Positions 17,828 through 28,409 are shown, counted from the first letter of the stretch. The stretch: 43,831 nucleotides of DNA from Gemmatimonadota bacterium (GCA_046758745.1 JBHIAV010000022.1:1-43831), one strand, 5' to 3'. Notes: a model not told the origin generated them from the letters alone. Made by a program: numbers and translations.

Positions 17828-18619
17828 TCATTTTCGGCCCACCGCCCCGATCTTCTTGGTGAACATCTTCGCCGTCTTTCCGACAAGGATGAAGTTCAAC
17901 CTGAAGAACAGGCTGTTCAGCTTCGCGATGAGCATGGCGACGTAGTTCAGTGGGTTGTGGAAGTAGATGTACAGGTTCAGCGGAAAAACCTTCACCTCCC
18001 GAAAGCCCGCGTACTCCAGCACCTGCTTCAGGCTGTACTCGGTGAAGCTGTTGTAATGGTCGAAGTTGCCGGCGCGCGACTCCGAGCCGGTCAGGGGGCT
18101 CGCGCCGTTGATCGAATGGACGATCAGCGTGCCCCCCTCCACGAGCTTCTCGCGACAGGTTCTCAGGAACTCGAGGATCTCGGGCTTGGTGAGGTGGTTG
18201 ATCTCCTGCTCGGCAATGATCGCGTCGTACGGCTGGTCGCTCCGCTGGAGGAACCCGAACACGCGCGCCACCCGACAGTCGAGACCGCGTCTTCTCGCCT
18301 GCTCGACCTTCTCGGGCGCCGAGTCGATCCCGACGACGCTCGTATATCCCTTTCCCACTAGCAGGTTTACGAAGTACCCGGGTCCGCAGCTTATCACGAG
18401 GATCCGGGCATCCCGGGCCGGTGGCACGTACCGGAGGTAGTTGTATTCGTAGAACTTCCCCCAGCTGGGGTATCCCTTCTCGACGTTCTCCGGTGCTTCC
18501 CAGAAGGAGTCGAAGGGCTCTATCTTGGCCGTGAGCTGTTTGTCCAACATCTTCTCCGATACTCCGATCTTGTTCTCTGCCATCCGCGTAGTTCGGTGCC
18601 ACCGGGAGCCGACCTTCAC
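17828..18619 (-). CDS. Class I SAM-dependent methyltransferase
   Basis: Motifs ILVISCGPG, VVGIDSA, YDAII and LVEGGTLIV. Confidence 0.82.
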   Translation of the reverse strand: MKVGSRWHRTTRMAENKIGVSEKMLDKQLTAKIEPFDSFWEAPENVEKGYPSWGKFYEYNYLRYVPPARDARILVISCGPGYFVNLLVGKGYTSVVGIDSAPEKVEQARRRGLDCRVARVFGFLQRSDQPYDAIIAEQEINHLTKPEILEFLRTCREKLVEGGTLIVHSINGASPLTGSESRAGNFDHYNSFTEYSLKQVLEYAGFREVKVFPLNLYIYFHNPLNYVAMLIAKLNSLFFRLNFILVGKTAKMFTKKIGAVGRK

Positions 18620-19602
18620 AGCAGGCCCGTTTCCCGGTACCAGGCTGCCGTACGTCTCGCTCCCTCCTCGAAGCTCACCACGGGGGAGAACCCGAGCAGG
18701 CGCTCGGCCTTCTTCGCCGACAGGGTGAAGCTCTTGCGAAAGAAGTCGAGCCGGCGCCGGTGGAGCGGCGGCTGAACCCCCAGCGGTCGGAGAGTCAGCT
18801 CGAGGACCGTCGCAGCGGCCAGGAACGGCGCGAGCGGTGCGCGCAACCTCGGAGGGCGTCGACCCAGCGCGGCGGCGATGGCCGCTACCATCCCGGCGGT
18901 GGTGACGGGATCTTTGCCCGCCAGGAGCAGCACCTCGCCGACCGCGTCATCGGACGCCGCCGCTTCTAGCAGACCATCGATGAGGTCATCCACGAAAATG
19001 GGATGGTGAACGTTCTCTCCCTTCCCGATGAGGAAGAAGGTCCCGCGGTTGATTGCCCGGAACAGCTTGAGCAGCCGGCGGTCACCGGGTCCGTATGTTT
19101 CGGGAATCCGAATCACAACTACATCGAGAGCCTTCCGGAAGCTGAGAGCCCGCTTTTCACCTTCCAGCTTCGTGGTGCCGTAGATGTTGTCCGGAGCGCA
19201 GGGCGAGCTCTCGTCGATGGTGCCGGGCAGCCACCCGTAGACTCCGATAGTGCTTCCGTGCACAAACCGTCGAACTGCTGCCTGAGCGCTGGCATCTACC
19301 ATCCTTTGGGTACCGTCGACGTTGACATGCCAGAACTTCTCATCGGGCACGTTCATCTCGTGCTGGGTAGCGGCGAGGTGAAAGACGATATCGGCATCCT
19401 GGACCGCCTCGGTCACCGCGTCGCGTTGCGTCACCGACCCGACAACCACTTCGACACCGCGCTCCTCGAGGAGCTGCCGGTTGAGCGATTCGGCATCAGT
19501 ATTCTCCTGCCCGAACACCCGGACGGTATGCCCGTCGGTCTGACACCGTAGAGCCAATCGGGAGCCGATGAACCCGGTACCTCCGGTGATCAGGATCTTC
19601 AT
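18616..19602 (-). CDS. NAD-dependent epimerase/dehydratase (paralog of 10261-11244)
   Basis: Motifs MKILITGGTGFIG, STIGVYG and YGTTK. Confidence 0.9.
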   Translation of the reverse strand: MKILITGGTGFIGSRLALRCQTDGHTVRVFGQENTDAESLNRQLLEERGVEVVVGSVTQRDAVTEAVQDADIVFHLAATQHEMNVPDEKFWHVNVDGTQRMVDASAQAAVRRFVHGSTIGVYGWLPGTIDESSPCAPDNIYGTTKLEGEKRALSFRKALDVVVIRIPETYGPGDRRLLKLFRAINRGTFFLIGKGENVHHPIFVDDLIDGLLEAAASDDAVGEVLLLAGKDPVTTAGMVAAIAAALGRRPPRLRAPLAPFLAAATVLELTLRPLGVQPPLHRRRLDFFRKSFTLSAKKAERLLGFSPVVSFEEGARRTAAWYRETGLL

Positions 19603-19653
19603 GTTGCGAATCCCGCTCTTGGCCAATCGGAGGTTGCGAGGTCAGCTGTCGGC

Positions 19654-20844
19654 TCAATCTTCATCACCGCGCTCCGATGTTCTCGTCGCCCCCTGCACAT
19701 CGACGGCTCGCTCGAAGAGAGCCTCATAGGCGTTCGCGCATCGTTCGATCCGGTGTTCTTCCCAGCGGGTTCGATTTGAGCGCCCGATCCGGGCGATCAA
19801 GTCCGGCGCTGCAGCCAGGCGGCGTATAGCAACTGCAAGAGCTTCCAGATGCCCGACTCTTACGAGAACCCCCGTGTCTCCGTCCCGAAGGAAATCGGTT
19901 TGCCCGCCGTGGTCGTACGTGATCACGGGAAGGCCCGCTGCCATGGCCTCTAGGTAGACGAGCCCGAACCCTTCATGCATGGAGGAGGACACGTAGGCGT
20001 CGGAACATTCGAGTATCTGCCATTTGCGCGTCTCGTCGACGTAGCCCATGAAGTGCACCCTATCCACGAGGCCGAGCTCGGCGGTCAGTCGCTCCAGCTG
20101 CGTCCTCTCAGGTCCTCCCCCAACCACGACGAGGTGAACTGCCTCGCAGCCGCAACGCTTCACCGCCTTGAGGAGCTCATCGAGCGCCTTCCGCTTGACG
20201 AGACGACCGACCGTTACCGCCAGGAAAACTCGTGACGGAAGCCCGAGGTCCGCTCGCGAAGCCTGCGGGACCTCTGGTTTCCGAATTCCTAGCGGGATTA
20301 CATCGATTGGGTCCCGATAATTGTAGTATCGATACACGTTGTCCCGTGTATTAGTGGAATCCGCGACCACGCGATCCGACCGGCGTAGGACGTTGACGAT
20401 CGTCCAGCGCAAGGGAGCGATCCGGTGAGGAGAAAGACTTTTTGACGGGTCGTAGATGTCGCCTCCGTGCAGTGTCATCACGTGCGGCAGATTCGCGAGT
20501 CTGGCTACGTGTACGGAGGCAACTCCGGTCGGGACTGCGAAGTGCGCGTTGATGACTTCAAAGGCTTCTCGCCGAAGCAGCGTCATCGCCCGAAGCCATG
20601 CGGCTGGGACGTAGCTCATCAGCGACCGGACGGTCGCGACGTCGCGGTCGGTGCGTCCGACAACTGGAACGCGGTGAATCTCCACTCCGTTGTGGTTCTC
20701 GTGCCGTGGGGCATGATCGCCGTATGCTGATGTGATCACGCACACGCGGTGTCGTCGGGCCAGCTCTTCTGCAAGGAGGGAATGCACGATGCCTCCACCT
20801 CCGCCGATCGGCGGGTACTCGTAATTGAACATCAGGATGTTCAC
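19654..20844 (-). CDS. GT4 glycosyltransferase
   Basis: Motifs YEYPPIGGGGG, VGRLVKRK and EGFGLVYLEAMAAG. Confidence 0.92.
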   Translation of the reverse strand: MNILMFNYEYPPIGGGGGIVHSLLAEELARRHRVCVITSAYGDHAPRHENHNGVEIHRVPVVGRTDRDVATVRSLMSYVPAAWLRAMTLLRREAFEVINAHFAVPTGVASVHVARLANLPHVMTLHGGDIYDPSKSLSPHRIAPLRWTIVNVLRRSDRVVADSTNTRDNVYRYYNYRDPIDVIPLGIRKPEVPQASRADLGLPSRVFLAVTVGRLVKRKALDELLKAVKRCGCEAVHLVVVGGGPERTQLERLTAELGLVDRVHFMGYVDETRKWQILECSDAYVSSSMHEGFGLVYLEAMAAGLPVITYDHGGQTDFLRDGDTGVLVRVGHLEALAVAIRRLAAAPDLIARIGRSNRTRWEEHRIERCANAYEALFERAVDVQGATRTSERGDED

Positions 20845-22613
20845 GGCAGGATCTCCGGGGCGTCGGCCGAGTCGGTCACCGGTGCGCCGAGACTGGAGCG
20901 ACCGGTCGGCGGAGTGTGTTGGGGCGAGCCACCGGTTGGCGTCATCGCCGAGAGACGTGCTTCGACATCGGCCAGCTCTGCGTCGATCTTCTCCTCATCC
21001 CAGCCGAGGACCCCACCCGCGATCTCCGCGCACGCACGGAGCGCTGCGCGTCCCGGGTGTCCGCCGGTGCCCAGGTCCGTGCGCCGGAAGACGACGTCCG
21101 CCAGCTTGACGGCCATCTCCTGACTCACGGCGTGCCGGACCTCCGCCCGGATCACGCGGGAACCCGGAAGCTGCTCGAGCCAGCGTGTGTCTTCCTCACC
21201 ATAGCGGAGCAGATGCGCGTACTCCGTGCCGTGGTTTCTGGCAAGCCGCACCATCGTCTTCTCGCCAAGTCCAGGCGGCGCCGCGGTGCGGGCCGACCGG
21301 AGGAAGCCGTCGAAATCGGTGATGTCTCCGCCTGGCACGGGGGTCACGCCGCTCATGCACCTCGGCGCCGGCCGGCCCAGCTTCCGGAAGACCAGGTCTG
21401 TCGCATCCTCCGCCACGCCCCTCGCGGTCGTGTACCGGACCCCCACGAGCGTGACGAGCCCCTCGAGCGCCTCCTGCCGGGCGTGGTCGATCAGCTCGGA
21501 ACGCTTCCCGTATCTCAGATCCACCGCGCCGGGTTCGTTCTCGCCGAACAGGACGAGACCAAAGTTCAACATCGAGATGTCCTCAAGCCCGAGGCCCAGT
21601 CCGGGGTAGCTCCAGTTTATCTCGTCGACGAAGTCCTGAACCTCCGACCTAGTAAGCGCGACGTCATCGGGCGATCCCCGATGCACCTTATGCCACACCC
21701 CGACCAGGGTGAACTCCCGCCACGGCACGATGAAGAGGTGGCGAGCGCTCCGGCTCACGATGGTATCGGGGTCCCGTGTCTTCCCCGAGACCGCAAGCGA
21801 AAAAGGGTGCTCGGAGAGCCGCCGCCTGACCACGAAGCAGGCGTCCCGCGAGAACGTGAGGGGCGGAACGCTGCGCCCGCCGGTCATTCGGGCGAGCAGA
21901 CCCGCAGCCCATGGTCCTGCCGCGTTCACCACAACCTTGGCCCGGATTTCAATCCGCTCTCCGGAGAACCGGTCGACCGCCTCGACGCCTCGCACGCGAC
22001 CGCCCTCCTGAATGAAACCGGTGACTTCGACGTAGTTCGCCGCGTCGGCGCCATTTCTGGTCGCCCCGCACAGAAACGCCAGAGCAAGCCGCGTCGGGTT
22101 GTACATCTGCGCATCGTAAAAAAGGCCGGCCCCCGTCAGCCCCGGCTTGGGCAGTCCGGGGAAGAGCTCGAGCACCTCTTCTCGGGAGAGGAAACGGCCG
22201 CGGGGAATCCGCCGCCGCGGATCCCGAATACCCCGATTTCGGTCGAATGCCAGGACGTCGTACAGAGTAAGGCCGGCGGCGAGGACCGGTTTCCCCTTCG
22301 CTCCGTAGCCGTAGGTCGGGATAACGATCGGCAGCGGCTCGACGAGATGAGGCGCGATCCGCAGGAATGTTCTCCGTTCCCTGACCGACTCCCTCAGGCG
22401 CCGAAGATCGCCGTGCTGCAGGTAGCGAATCCCGCCGTGCACGATCTTGAAAGAGTTCGCGGAGGTAGCGTGGGCGAAGTCGCCCTTCTCGAGCAGGGCG
22501 ACCGAAAGTCCGCGCTGGGCCGCGTCGTATGCGGTGCATATGCCGAAGATGCCGCCACCTACGACCACCAGGTCATATTCCTTTTCGCTCAGCCGGCCCG
22601 GATCTCTCCGCAC
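20841..22613 (-). CDS. FAD-dependent glycerol-3-phosphate dehydrogenase/oxidase-like protein (GlpD/GlpA family)
   Basis: Motifs DLVVVGGGIFG, ATSANSFKIVHGGIRYLQ, NAAGPW and EMAVKLADVVFRRT. GTG 22613 follows GGAGG. Confidence 0.85.
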   Translation of the reverse strand: MRRDPGRLSEKEYDLVVVGGGIFGICTAYDAAQRGLSVALLEKGDFAHATSANSFKIVHGGIRYLQHGDLRRLRESVRERRTFLRIAPHLVEPLPIVIPTYGYGAKGKPVLAAGLTLYDVLAFDRNRGIRDPRRRIPRGRFLSREEVLELFPGLPKPGLTGAGLFYDAQMYNPTRLALAFLCGATRNGADAANYVEVTGFIQEGGRVRGVEAVDRFSGERIEIRAKVVVNAAGPWAAGLLARMTGGRSVPPLTFSRDACFVVRRRLSEHPFSLAVSGKTRDPDTIVSRSARHLFIVPWREFTLVGVWHKVHRGSPDDVALTRSEVQDFVDEINWSYPGLGLGLEDISMLNFGLVLFGENEPGAVDLRYGKRSELIDHARQEALEGLVTLVGVRYTTARGVAEDATDLVFRKLGRPAPRCMSGVTPVPGGDITDFDGFLRSARTAAPPGLGEKTMVRLARNHGTEYAHLLRYGEEDTRWLEQLPGSRVIRAEVRHAVSQEMAVKLADVVFRRTDLGTGGHPGRAALRACAEIAGGVLGWDEEKIDAELADVEARLSAMTPTGGSPQHTPPTGRSSLGAPVTDSADAPEILP

Positions 22614-22705
22614 AGCGCCGCCTCCAAGGATAGCCCACGTCCCGATGCCATCTTGCCGTCGGAGGCCGCAATCTCGCAACGGCATTGTAAGGTTGAGGCT
22701 TTCAG

Positions 22706-22721
22706 GCAAGAGCCGAGCCAA
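22706..22721 (-). promoter_or_regulatory. Sigma-54 (-24/-12) promoter for the leftward operon
   Basis: Minus strand reads TTGGCTCG-GCTC-TTGC, against consensus TGGCACG-N4-TTGC. About 93 bp upstream of the glpD-like start. Confidence 0.7.
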
Positions 22722-23162
22722 TCCCGGCCGTCCGTGCAGCACTCAACCCGTCTCGAACGCTGACCGAACTGTGGCATGGCTTCCCACACCTGGCCGGGAA
22801 CTGTTGCACCGACCCTGCAGCCCGGAGGTGGTTGCTGTGTACTCGGCCCGGCCGGACCACTCGCGGTGATCGACAAAGGCTTACCGCGATCCGCCGGCTC
22901 GGAAACACGGGCGCACTTGCCGCTCGGCCTGGAGGTCTAGACCTTGCTGCAGATGCCGGTAGCGCCCGGATGGGCGCGCAATAAGCTACATGCTTGTTTT
23001 AGGCCTTCGGTCCGACCCCGATAGTGGAGGATGTGAAGGGGATCGTGGGATGAGCTTCGGGGTAGCGCCGCCAGGTACCGAACCCGCCTGGCGTTCGCGG
23101 AATACCCTAGCCCGGGACCTCTGCTCGCAAACCTACAAGACGACGACAGCGACCAGCGACGA

Positions 23163-24971
23163 ATGCACGTGCTCGGTCTCGGAGACCACATCGACTGCGG
23201 AACCGCCCTTCTCGAGGATGGTCGCATCGTCGCCGCGATCAACGACGAGCGCCTGGTACGGGAAAAGATGGTGTTCGGGGTTCCGCGCGAATCGATACGT
23301 GCGGTGCTCTCCCTTACCGGCGTACGCCCCGACCAGATCGACATCGTGGCGGTGGGGACCCGAAACCAGCACCTCGTTCCCGATTACGTGGACTTCCGCG
23401 ACGGCTGGTTCGGCCTGGAGCGCAGCCGCTTCAAGCAGCTCCTGTTCGACGTCGGGTCCAAGGCGGCCCGCTTCCGCGAGACCATCCCTGGCATCGAGAA
23501 GGCCTACTACTTGCTTCGCCAGCCCGCCTATTCGCACCGCCGGCGTGAGCTGCGACGGATCCTGCGGGAAGAGTTTGGAATTACGGCGCCGGTCCGCTTC
23601 ATCGATCACCACTACTGCCACGCGACCTCCGCCTATTATTCGAGCGACTTTGGTCCTGACGCTACTGTGTTCAGCATTGACGGGGGCGGGGACGCGGCCT
23701 CGGCGAAGGTGTTCGATGTGACCGATGGGCAGATCCGGGAGCTTCACACCATTCCCAGCTTCGACTCGCTCGGCGCGTTTTACTCCTACATCACGCAGAT
23801 GTGCGGCTTCAAGGCCGGGCGTCACGAGGGCAAGATCACGGGCCTCGCGGCCCATGGAGAGCCGATCTACCAAGAGCTTCTCGACGCGCTCCTTATCTAT
23901 CGCGACGGTACGTTTGTCAACGTAGGCCACATCTTCTTCCACTCCGCACTCGGTGAGCTTCGCCGAAGGTTGCCTCCGGACTTTGATCGGGCCGACATCT
24001 CGGCGAGCATCCAGCGGCATGCCGAGCGGCTCGTCACCGAGTTGGTGCGGTACTGGCTGGGGCGCACGGGTCATGGCGACGTGGCGATGGCAGGCGGGGT
24101 GATGGCGAACGTACGAATCAACCAGGAGGTGCACGAGCTTCCGGAGGTGGAGCGCTGTTTCATCCATCCCGGGATGTCGGACGTCGGGATGGGCATCGGC
24201 GCGGCCCTCGCGGCCTACTACGACCGAGAGCCGCGGCCGCCGATAAACACACGCTGCTTCGACGACGTGTATCTGGGTCCGTCATACTCGGACCAGGACA
24301 TTGAGAACGCCCTTTCGAGCGAGATAATCGACTTCCGGCGGCCAGAGGACCTGGAGGCAGAGATCGCCGCCCTGCTGAGCCGGGGAGCCGTGGTAGCGCG
24401 CTTCGACGGTCGCATGGAGTACGGGCCGCGTGCCCTCGGTAACCGCTCGATCCTCTATCAGGCCACCGACCCCAGCGTAAACGACTGGCTGAACAGAGCG
24501 CTCGGGCGCACGGAGTTCATGCCGTTCGCGCCCGCGACGCTGGACGAGGAGGCGCACCGCTGCTTCGTCGGGATGGAGGGTGCGGAGCGGACGGCCCGCT
24601 TCATGACGATCACATTCGACTGCACCGGGTGGATGAAGAAGCGCTGCCCAGGTGTCGTGCATGTCGACGGAACGGCCCGCCCACAGATCGTGCGGCGCCG
24701 GGACAACCCGTCCTACTATCGCATCATCGCGGAATATCATCGGCTGACCGGCCTCCCCTCGATTATCAACACGAGCTTCAACATGCACGAGGAGCCGATC
24801 GTGTGCTCGCCGGGTGACGCGATCCGCGCCTTCAAACTGGGACACCTGGACTACCTGGCGATCGGACCCTTCCTGGCGCGGAATCCGGCCCCGATCGAGG
24901 CAGCGGAGCGCCGTGAACGGGGTGCGACGGTGGAGGCGCTGATGCGCGCAGGGGGGCCGGAAAGCAGCTGA
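23163..24971 (+). CDS. Carbamoyltransferase, NodU family (close paralog of the N-terminal part of 15139-17811)
   Basis: Motifs DHHYCHATSA, DGGGD, HEGKITGLAAHGEP, MEYGPRALGNRSIL and NTSFNMHEEPIV. Confidence 0.93.
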   Translation: MHVLGLGDHIDCGTALLEDGRIVAAINDERLVREKMVFGVPRESIRAVLSLTGVRPDQIDIVAVGTRNQHLVPDYVDFRDGWFGLERSRFKQLLFDVGSKAARFRETIPGIEKAYYLLRQPAYSHRRRELRRILREEFGITAPVRFIDHHYCHATSAYYSSDFGPDATVFSIDGGGDAASAKVFDVTDGQIRELHTIPSFDSLGAFYSYITQMCGFKAGRHEGKITGLAAHGEPIYQELLDALLIYRDGTFVNVGHIFFHSALGELRRRLPPDFDRADISASIQRHAERLVTELVRYWLGRTGHGDVAMAGGVMANVRINQEVHELPEVERCFIHPGMSDVGMGIGAALAAYYDREPRPPINTRCFDDVYLGPSYSDQDIENALSSEIIDFRRPEDLEAEIAALLSRGAVVARFDGRMEYGPRALGNRSILYQATDPSVNDWLNRALGRTEFMPFAPATLDEEAHRCFVGMEGAERTARFMTITFDCTGWMKKRCPGVVHVDGTARPQIVRRRDNPSYYRIIAEYHRLTGLPSIINTSFNMHEEPIVCSPGDAIRAFKLGHLDYLAIGPFLARNPAPIEAAERRERGATVEALMRAGGPESS

Positions 24972-26971
24972 TGTGCGGCATCGCCGGCATCCTCGATCCG
25001 GCCGGTGTGGACGCCGCCCAGGTCCAGCGGATGGCCGATACCCTCGCGCACCGCGGTCCGGATGACGCGACCGTCCACATCGAGCCCGGCCTCGGCTTCG
25101 GCTTCCGTCGCCTCGCCATCATCGATCTCGTGACCGGACGGCAGCCCATTCCGAACGAGGACGAGTCTGTATGGGTGATGCTGAACGGCGAGATCTACAA
25201 CTACCGGGAGCTCCGCCGCGGACTTGAGCGCCGCCGTCACCGCTTTCGCACGCGCTCCGACACGGAGGTGCTCGTCCATCTGTACGAGGAAAAAGGGGCG
25301 GCTCTCGTGGATGAGCTGCGGGGCATGTTCGCCTTCGCCATCTGGGACCGCCGCCGCCGCAGCCTCCTCCTCGCCCGCGATCACCTCGGGCAGAAGCCCC
25401 TGTATTGGGCGCGGCGCGGCTCGCGCTTCTACTTCGCGTCGGAGATCAAGGCGATCCTCGCCGTGGCGCCCGAGTTCCGCCGCCTAGATCCGCTCGGGCT
25501 CCACGAATACCTGACCCTGCGCGTGATCTACGAGCCCCGCTCGATGTTCGAGGGAGTGCACAAGCTGGCAGCGGCCACTGTGCTGGAGACCGGCGAGGAA
25601 GGGGACGTGGTGACACGTCGCTACTGGAGCCTTCGGTACGAGCCCAAAAGGGAGATCTCCGAGGCCGAGGCGCTCGAGCAGCTCGACGAATGGGTTCGGG
25701 AGACAGTCCGGCTCCACCTGGTGGCTGACGTCGAGGTCGGAGCGTTCCTCAGCGGCGGCGTGGACTCCGGTCTCGTGGCGGCTATTGTCGGCTCGATCAC
25801 CGAAGGGTCCTTCCAGACGTTCACGGTGGGTACGCCCTACGGCCGCTTCGATGAGACCCCGGCGGCCCGCACGGTGGCACGTCGGTACCGCACCGACCAC
25901 CACGAGACGGCGGTCGGCGGCGAGCTCCTGGCGCTCCTTCCTACGCTGGTCTACCACCTGGACGAGCCCTCCGACCCTCTGAGCGCGTGCACCTACCGCC
26001 TCGCCGAGCTGACCCGAAGCTCCGTGAAGGTCGCGGTAGGCGGCGACGGAGGGGACGAGCTGTTCGGTGGCTATGATCGCTATTACGGAGCGCGCTACGC
26101 GAACTACTACGCACTCTTGCCCGAAGCGATCCGCGAGCGAATCGTCGGCAAGATTCTCGACTGGGCCCCCGACGGCTTCTGGTACAAGAGTCTCAGCCAC
26201 CAGCTGCGATGGCTGAATGAGTTGGCTAGAGTCAAGAGAGAGCGTCGGTACGCTCGCAGCCTGAGCTACTTTTACTTCACCCCTGGCTTTCGAGATGAGC
26301 TGTACACCGAACAGTTTAAGTCGCTCACCTCCGAGTTCGACGCCGAGGCGTCCGTCATGCTGTGGCAGAGGGACGCGGGCGCGAAGGAGGCCCTCGACTC
26401 CATGCTGCTCGCCGACAGCATCATTCGCCTCCCCAACCACTCGGTGATGATTCTCGACCGAATGACCATGGCCCATGGCCTGGAGGCCCGGTCGCCGTTT
26501 CTGGACCACAAGCTCGCCGAATTCGCCGCGACGCTTCCCGTCCACCTGAAGGTACGAGGGCGATCGCGGCGCTGGATCGAAATGCGCCTGGCCGAGAGGT
26601 ATCTTCCGGAAGAGGTGCTGAGGCGACCGAAGCAAGGGTTCTCTTCGGCTCTCCCGTACATGATGGGCGATCAGTTTCGCTCGCTATTTCATCGCTATCT
26701 GCCCGATTCACACCTGGTCGAGGGCGGGCTTCTTCATGGAGCAGCGATCCAGTCCCTTCTTGATGAGCATATGTGTGGGCGCAGGGATCATGGCAATCGG
26801 CTGTGGTTGCTGCTCAACGCCGAGGTCTGGTATCGCCTGCATGTCGAGGGAATTCGCCCAGAAGCCCTTCTGGGCGAGGTTCGCGAGGCACTAGCGGCCG
26901 AGCGAGCGATAGTTGCTGGAGGAACCGCACTCGAAGAGTACCCGGTTGAATCAACCGCAAAGGCGCAGTAG
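24971..26971 (+). CDS. asnB: Asparagine-synthase-like glutamine amidotransferase (second copy)
   Basis: Motifs MCGIAG, HRGPDD, NGEIYN, FLSGGVDS and GDGGDELFGGY. TGATG coupling to the carbamoyltransferase. Confidence 0.92.
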   Translation: MCGIAGILDPAGVDAAQVQRMADTLAHRGPDDATVHIEPGLGFGFRRLAIIDLVTGRQPIPNEDESVWVMLNGEIYNYRELRRGLERRRHRFRTRSDTEVLVHLYEEKGAALVDELRGMFAFAIWDRRRRSLLLARDHLGQKPLYWARRGSRFYFASEIKAILAVAPEFRRLDPLGLHEYLTLRVIYEPRSMFEGVHKLAAATVLETGEEGDVVTRRYWSLRYEPKREISEAEALEQLDEWVRETVRLHLVADVEVGAFLSGGVDSGLVAAIVGSITEGSFQTFTVGTPYGRFDETPAARTVARRYRTDHHETAVGGELLALLPTLVYHLDEPSDPLSACTYRLAELTRSSVKVAVGGDGGDELFGGYDRYYGARYANYYALLPEAIRERIVGKILDWAPDGFWYKSLSHQLRWLNELARVKRERRYARSLSYFYFTPGFRDELYTEQFKSLTSEFDAEASVMLWQRDAGAKEALDSMLLADSIIRLPNHSVMILDRMTMAHGLEARSPFLDHKLAEFAATLPVHLKVRGRSRRWIEMRLAERYLPEEVLRRPKQGFSSALPYMMGDQFRSLFHRYLPDSHLVEGGLLHGAAIQSLLDEHMCGRRDHGNRLWLLLNAEVWYRLHVEGIRPEALLGEVREALAAERAIVAGGTALEEYPVESTAKAQ

Positions 26972-27233
26972 CTGGCATCCGATAGCTATGTTCTTCTCGG
27001 TCGGCGCGAGCCGATCTTAGCCAGCTCTTTCGCGCAGCGGCGAGAAAGCTCCTCCCTGTGTACGCTGATTGACGAAGCTCGGACGGTACCGGTAGTTGGG
27101 TTCTTATAAGCGGCTGGCGGGGAATCCGCGAAATGAGCCCGGGCACCGGCGCAGGAACTCCACGCAGACCGTGGAGGCCCAGCGAGGACTCGAGTAGGAA
27201 ACCCAGCGGGGGTGGCGGAGTTAGAAGCTCACG

Positions 27234-28409
27234 ATGACTAGGCGGACCATCTGTGTCGTGGGACGCGTGCTCGATCAGGACGATGGCCTCGGCGTATACA
27301 GCCTGAATCTGCTTCGCGGACTGTTTGAGCTAGATTATACCAGCCGGTATGTGGTGCTGCTTCAGACGCCCAGGCACCAGTCGAGCTTCGCACTCTTCGA
27401 CAACGTCGAGACGCGCGTGCTTCCGGCGAGATTCAAGACGTGGTGGGATCAAGTGCTCGTCGCGCGCGTTGCCCGACAGATCGACGCGGACCTCATCTTC
27501 AACCCGAAGTTCTCACTCCCTCTCATCTCCCGTCGACCTGGCGTTTTCGTTCTGCATGGATCGGATTGGTATGTAAATCCTCAGCATTACGAGTGGTGGG
27601 ACAACCTGTACGTTCGGTTCCTGCTGCCGCTCTACTGCCGGAAAGCAAAGAGGTTGCTGGCGATCTCGCAGCGGGTGCTGGACGACCTGGTTGGATTCGT
27701 GCGCCTCGATCCGGCGAAGGTAACCGTATCGTACGCCGCGCCGAGTCGGCACTTTCGCCCGCCTTCCCAAAGCACCGAGCTCGTGAAGTTCCGAAGTCAG
27801 TATCGCCTTCCCGAGCGGTATATCTTCTCGGTGGGGCGAACCCTGCATACGGGACACGGGAGCTTTCCGTACTATCCAGGTGGGAACGTCGAAGGTTTGG
27901 TGCGAGCGTATGAAGAGTACCGTGCGCGAGGCGGTGATCTCGCGCTAGTGATCGCCGGCCGGAATGTGCGAGGATACCTTAAGGCACAGGGGGTGGTTGA
28001 GTCCAAGCTCCGCGACATCCACTTCACCGGCTACATTCCACATGAGGAAATTCACCTGGCCTACGGCCTGGCGCAATTCTTCGTGCTGACGACACTTTAC
28101 GAAAGCTTCTCGCTGCCACTTGTAGAGGCAATGGCATGCGGTTGCCCGGTAATCGCTCCTAACACTGGCGCCTGCCCGGAGGTGGCGGCGGGAGCGGCCC
28201 GTCTCGTGGACCCGCAGGACCCGAGCGCCATCGCAGAGGCTATGACTGAGATCTCGGGATCAGCCGCTCTTCGCGATGAGCTGCGTCGACTGGGACTCGA
28301 GCGCGCCCGTGCCTTCTCGTGGCGCGCCGTCGCGGAATGCACCCTGGGGGTCTTCGACGAGGTATGCCCGCTGCAAGGGAGGGATCTAGGGAACATCAGG
28401 CCAGGGTGA
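27234..28409 (+). CDS. GT4 glycosyltransferase
   Basis: Motifs ESFSLPLVEAMACG and FSW at the C-terminus. Confidence 0.92.
   Translation: MTRRTICVVGRVLDQDDGLGVYSLNLLRGLFELDYTSRYVVLLQTPRHQSSFALFDNVETRVLPARFKTWWDQVLVARVARQIDADLIFNPKFSLPLISRRPGVFVLHGSDWYVNPQHYEWWDNLYVRFLLPLYCRKAKRLLAISQRVLDDLVGFVRLDPAKVTVSYAAPSRHFRPPSQSTELVKFRSQYRLPERYIFSVGRTLHTGHGSFPYYPGGNVEGLVRAYEEYRARGGDLALVIAGRNVRGYLKAQGVVESKLRDIHFTGYIPHEEIHLAYGLAQFFVLTTLYESFSLPLVEAMACGCPVIAPNTGACPEVAAGAARLVDPQDPSAIAEAMTEISGSAALRDELRRLGLERARAFSWRAVAECTLGVFDEVCPLQGRDLGNIRPG

Noticed and set aside
22950-23070. Two GGTAGCGCC copies resembling ops/JUMPstart
   Set aside because: Neither matches GGCGGTAG fully, and short GC-rich matches are expected by chance.
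12059-26971. AsnB-like genes as lasso-peptide cyclases
   Set aside because: Both have an intact N-terminal Cys glutaminase domain, and no precursor, RRE or B2 protease is visible.
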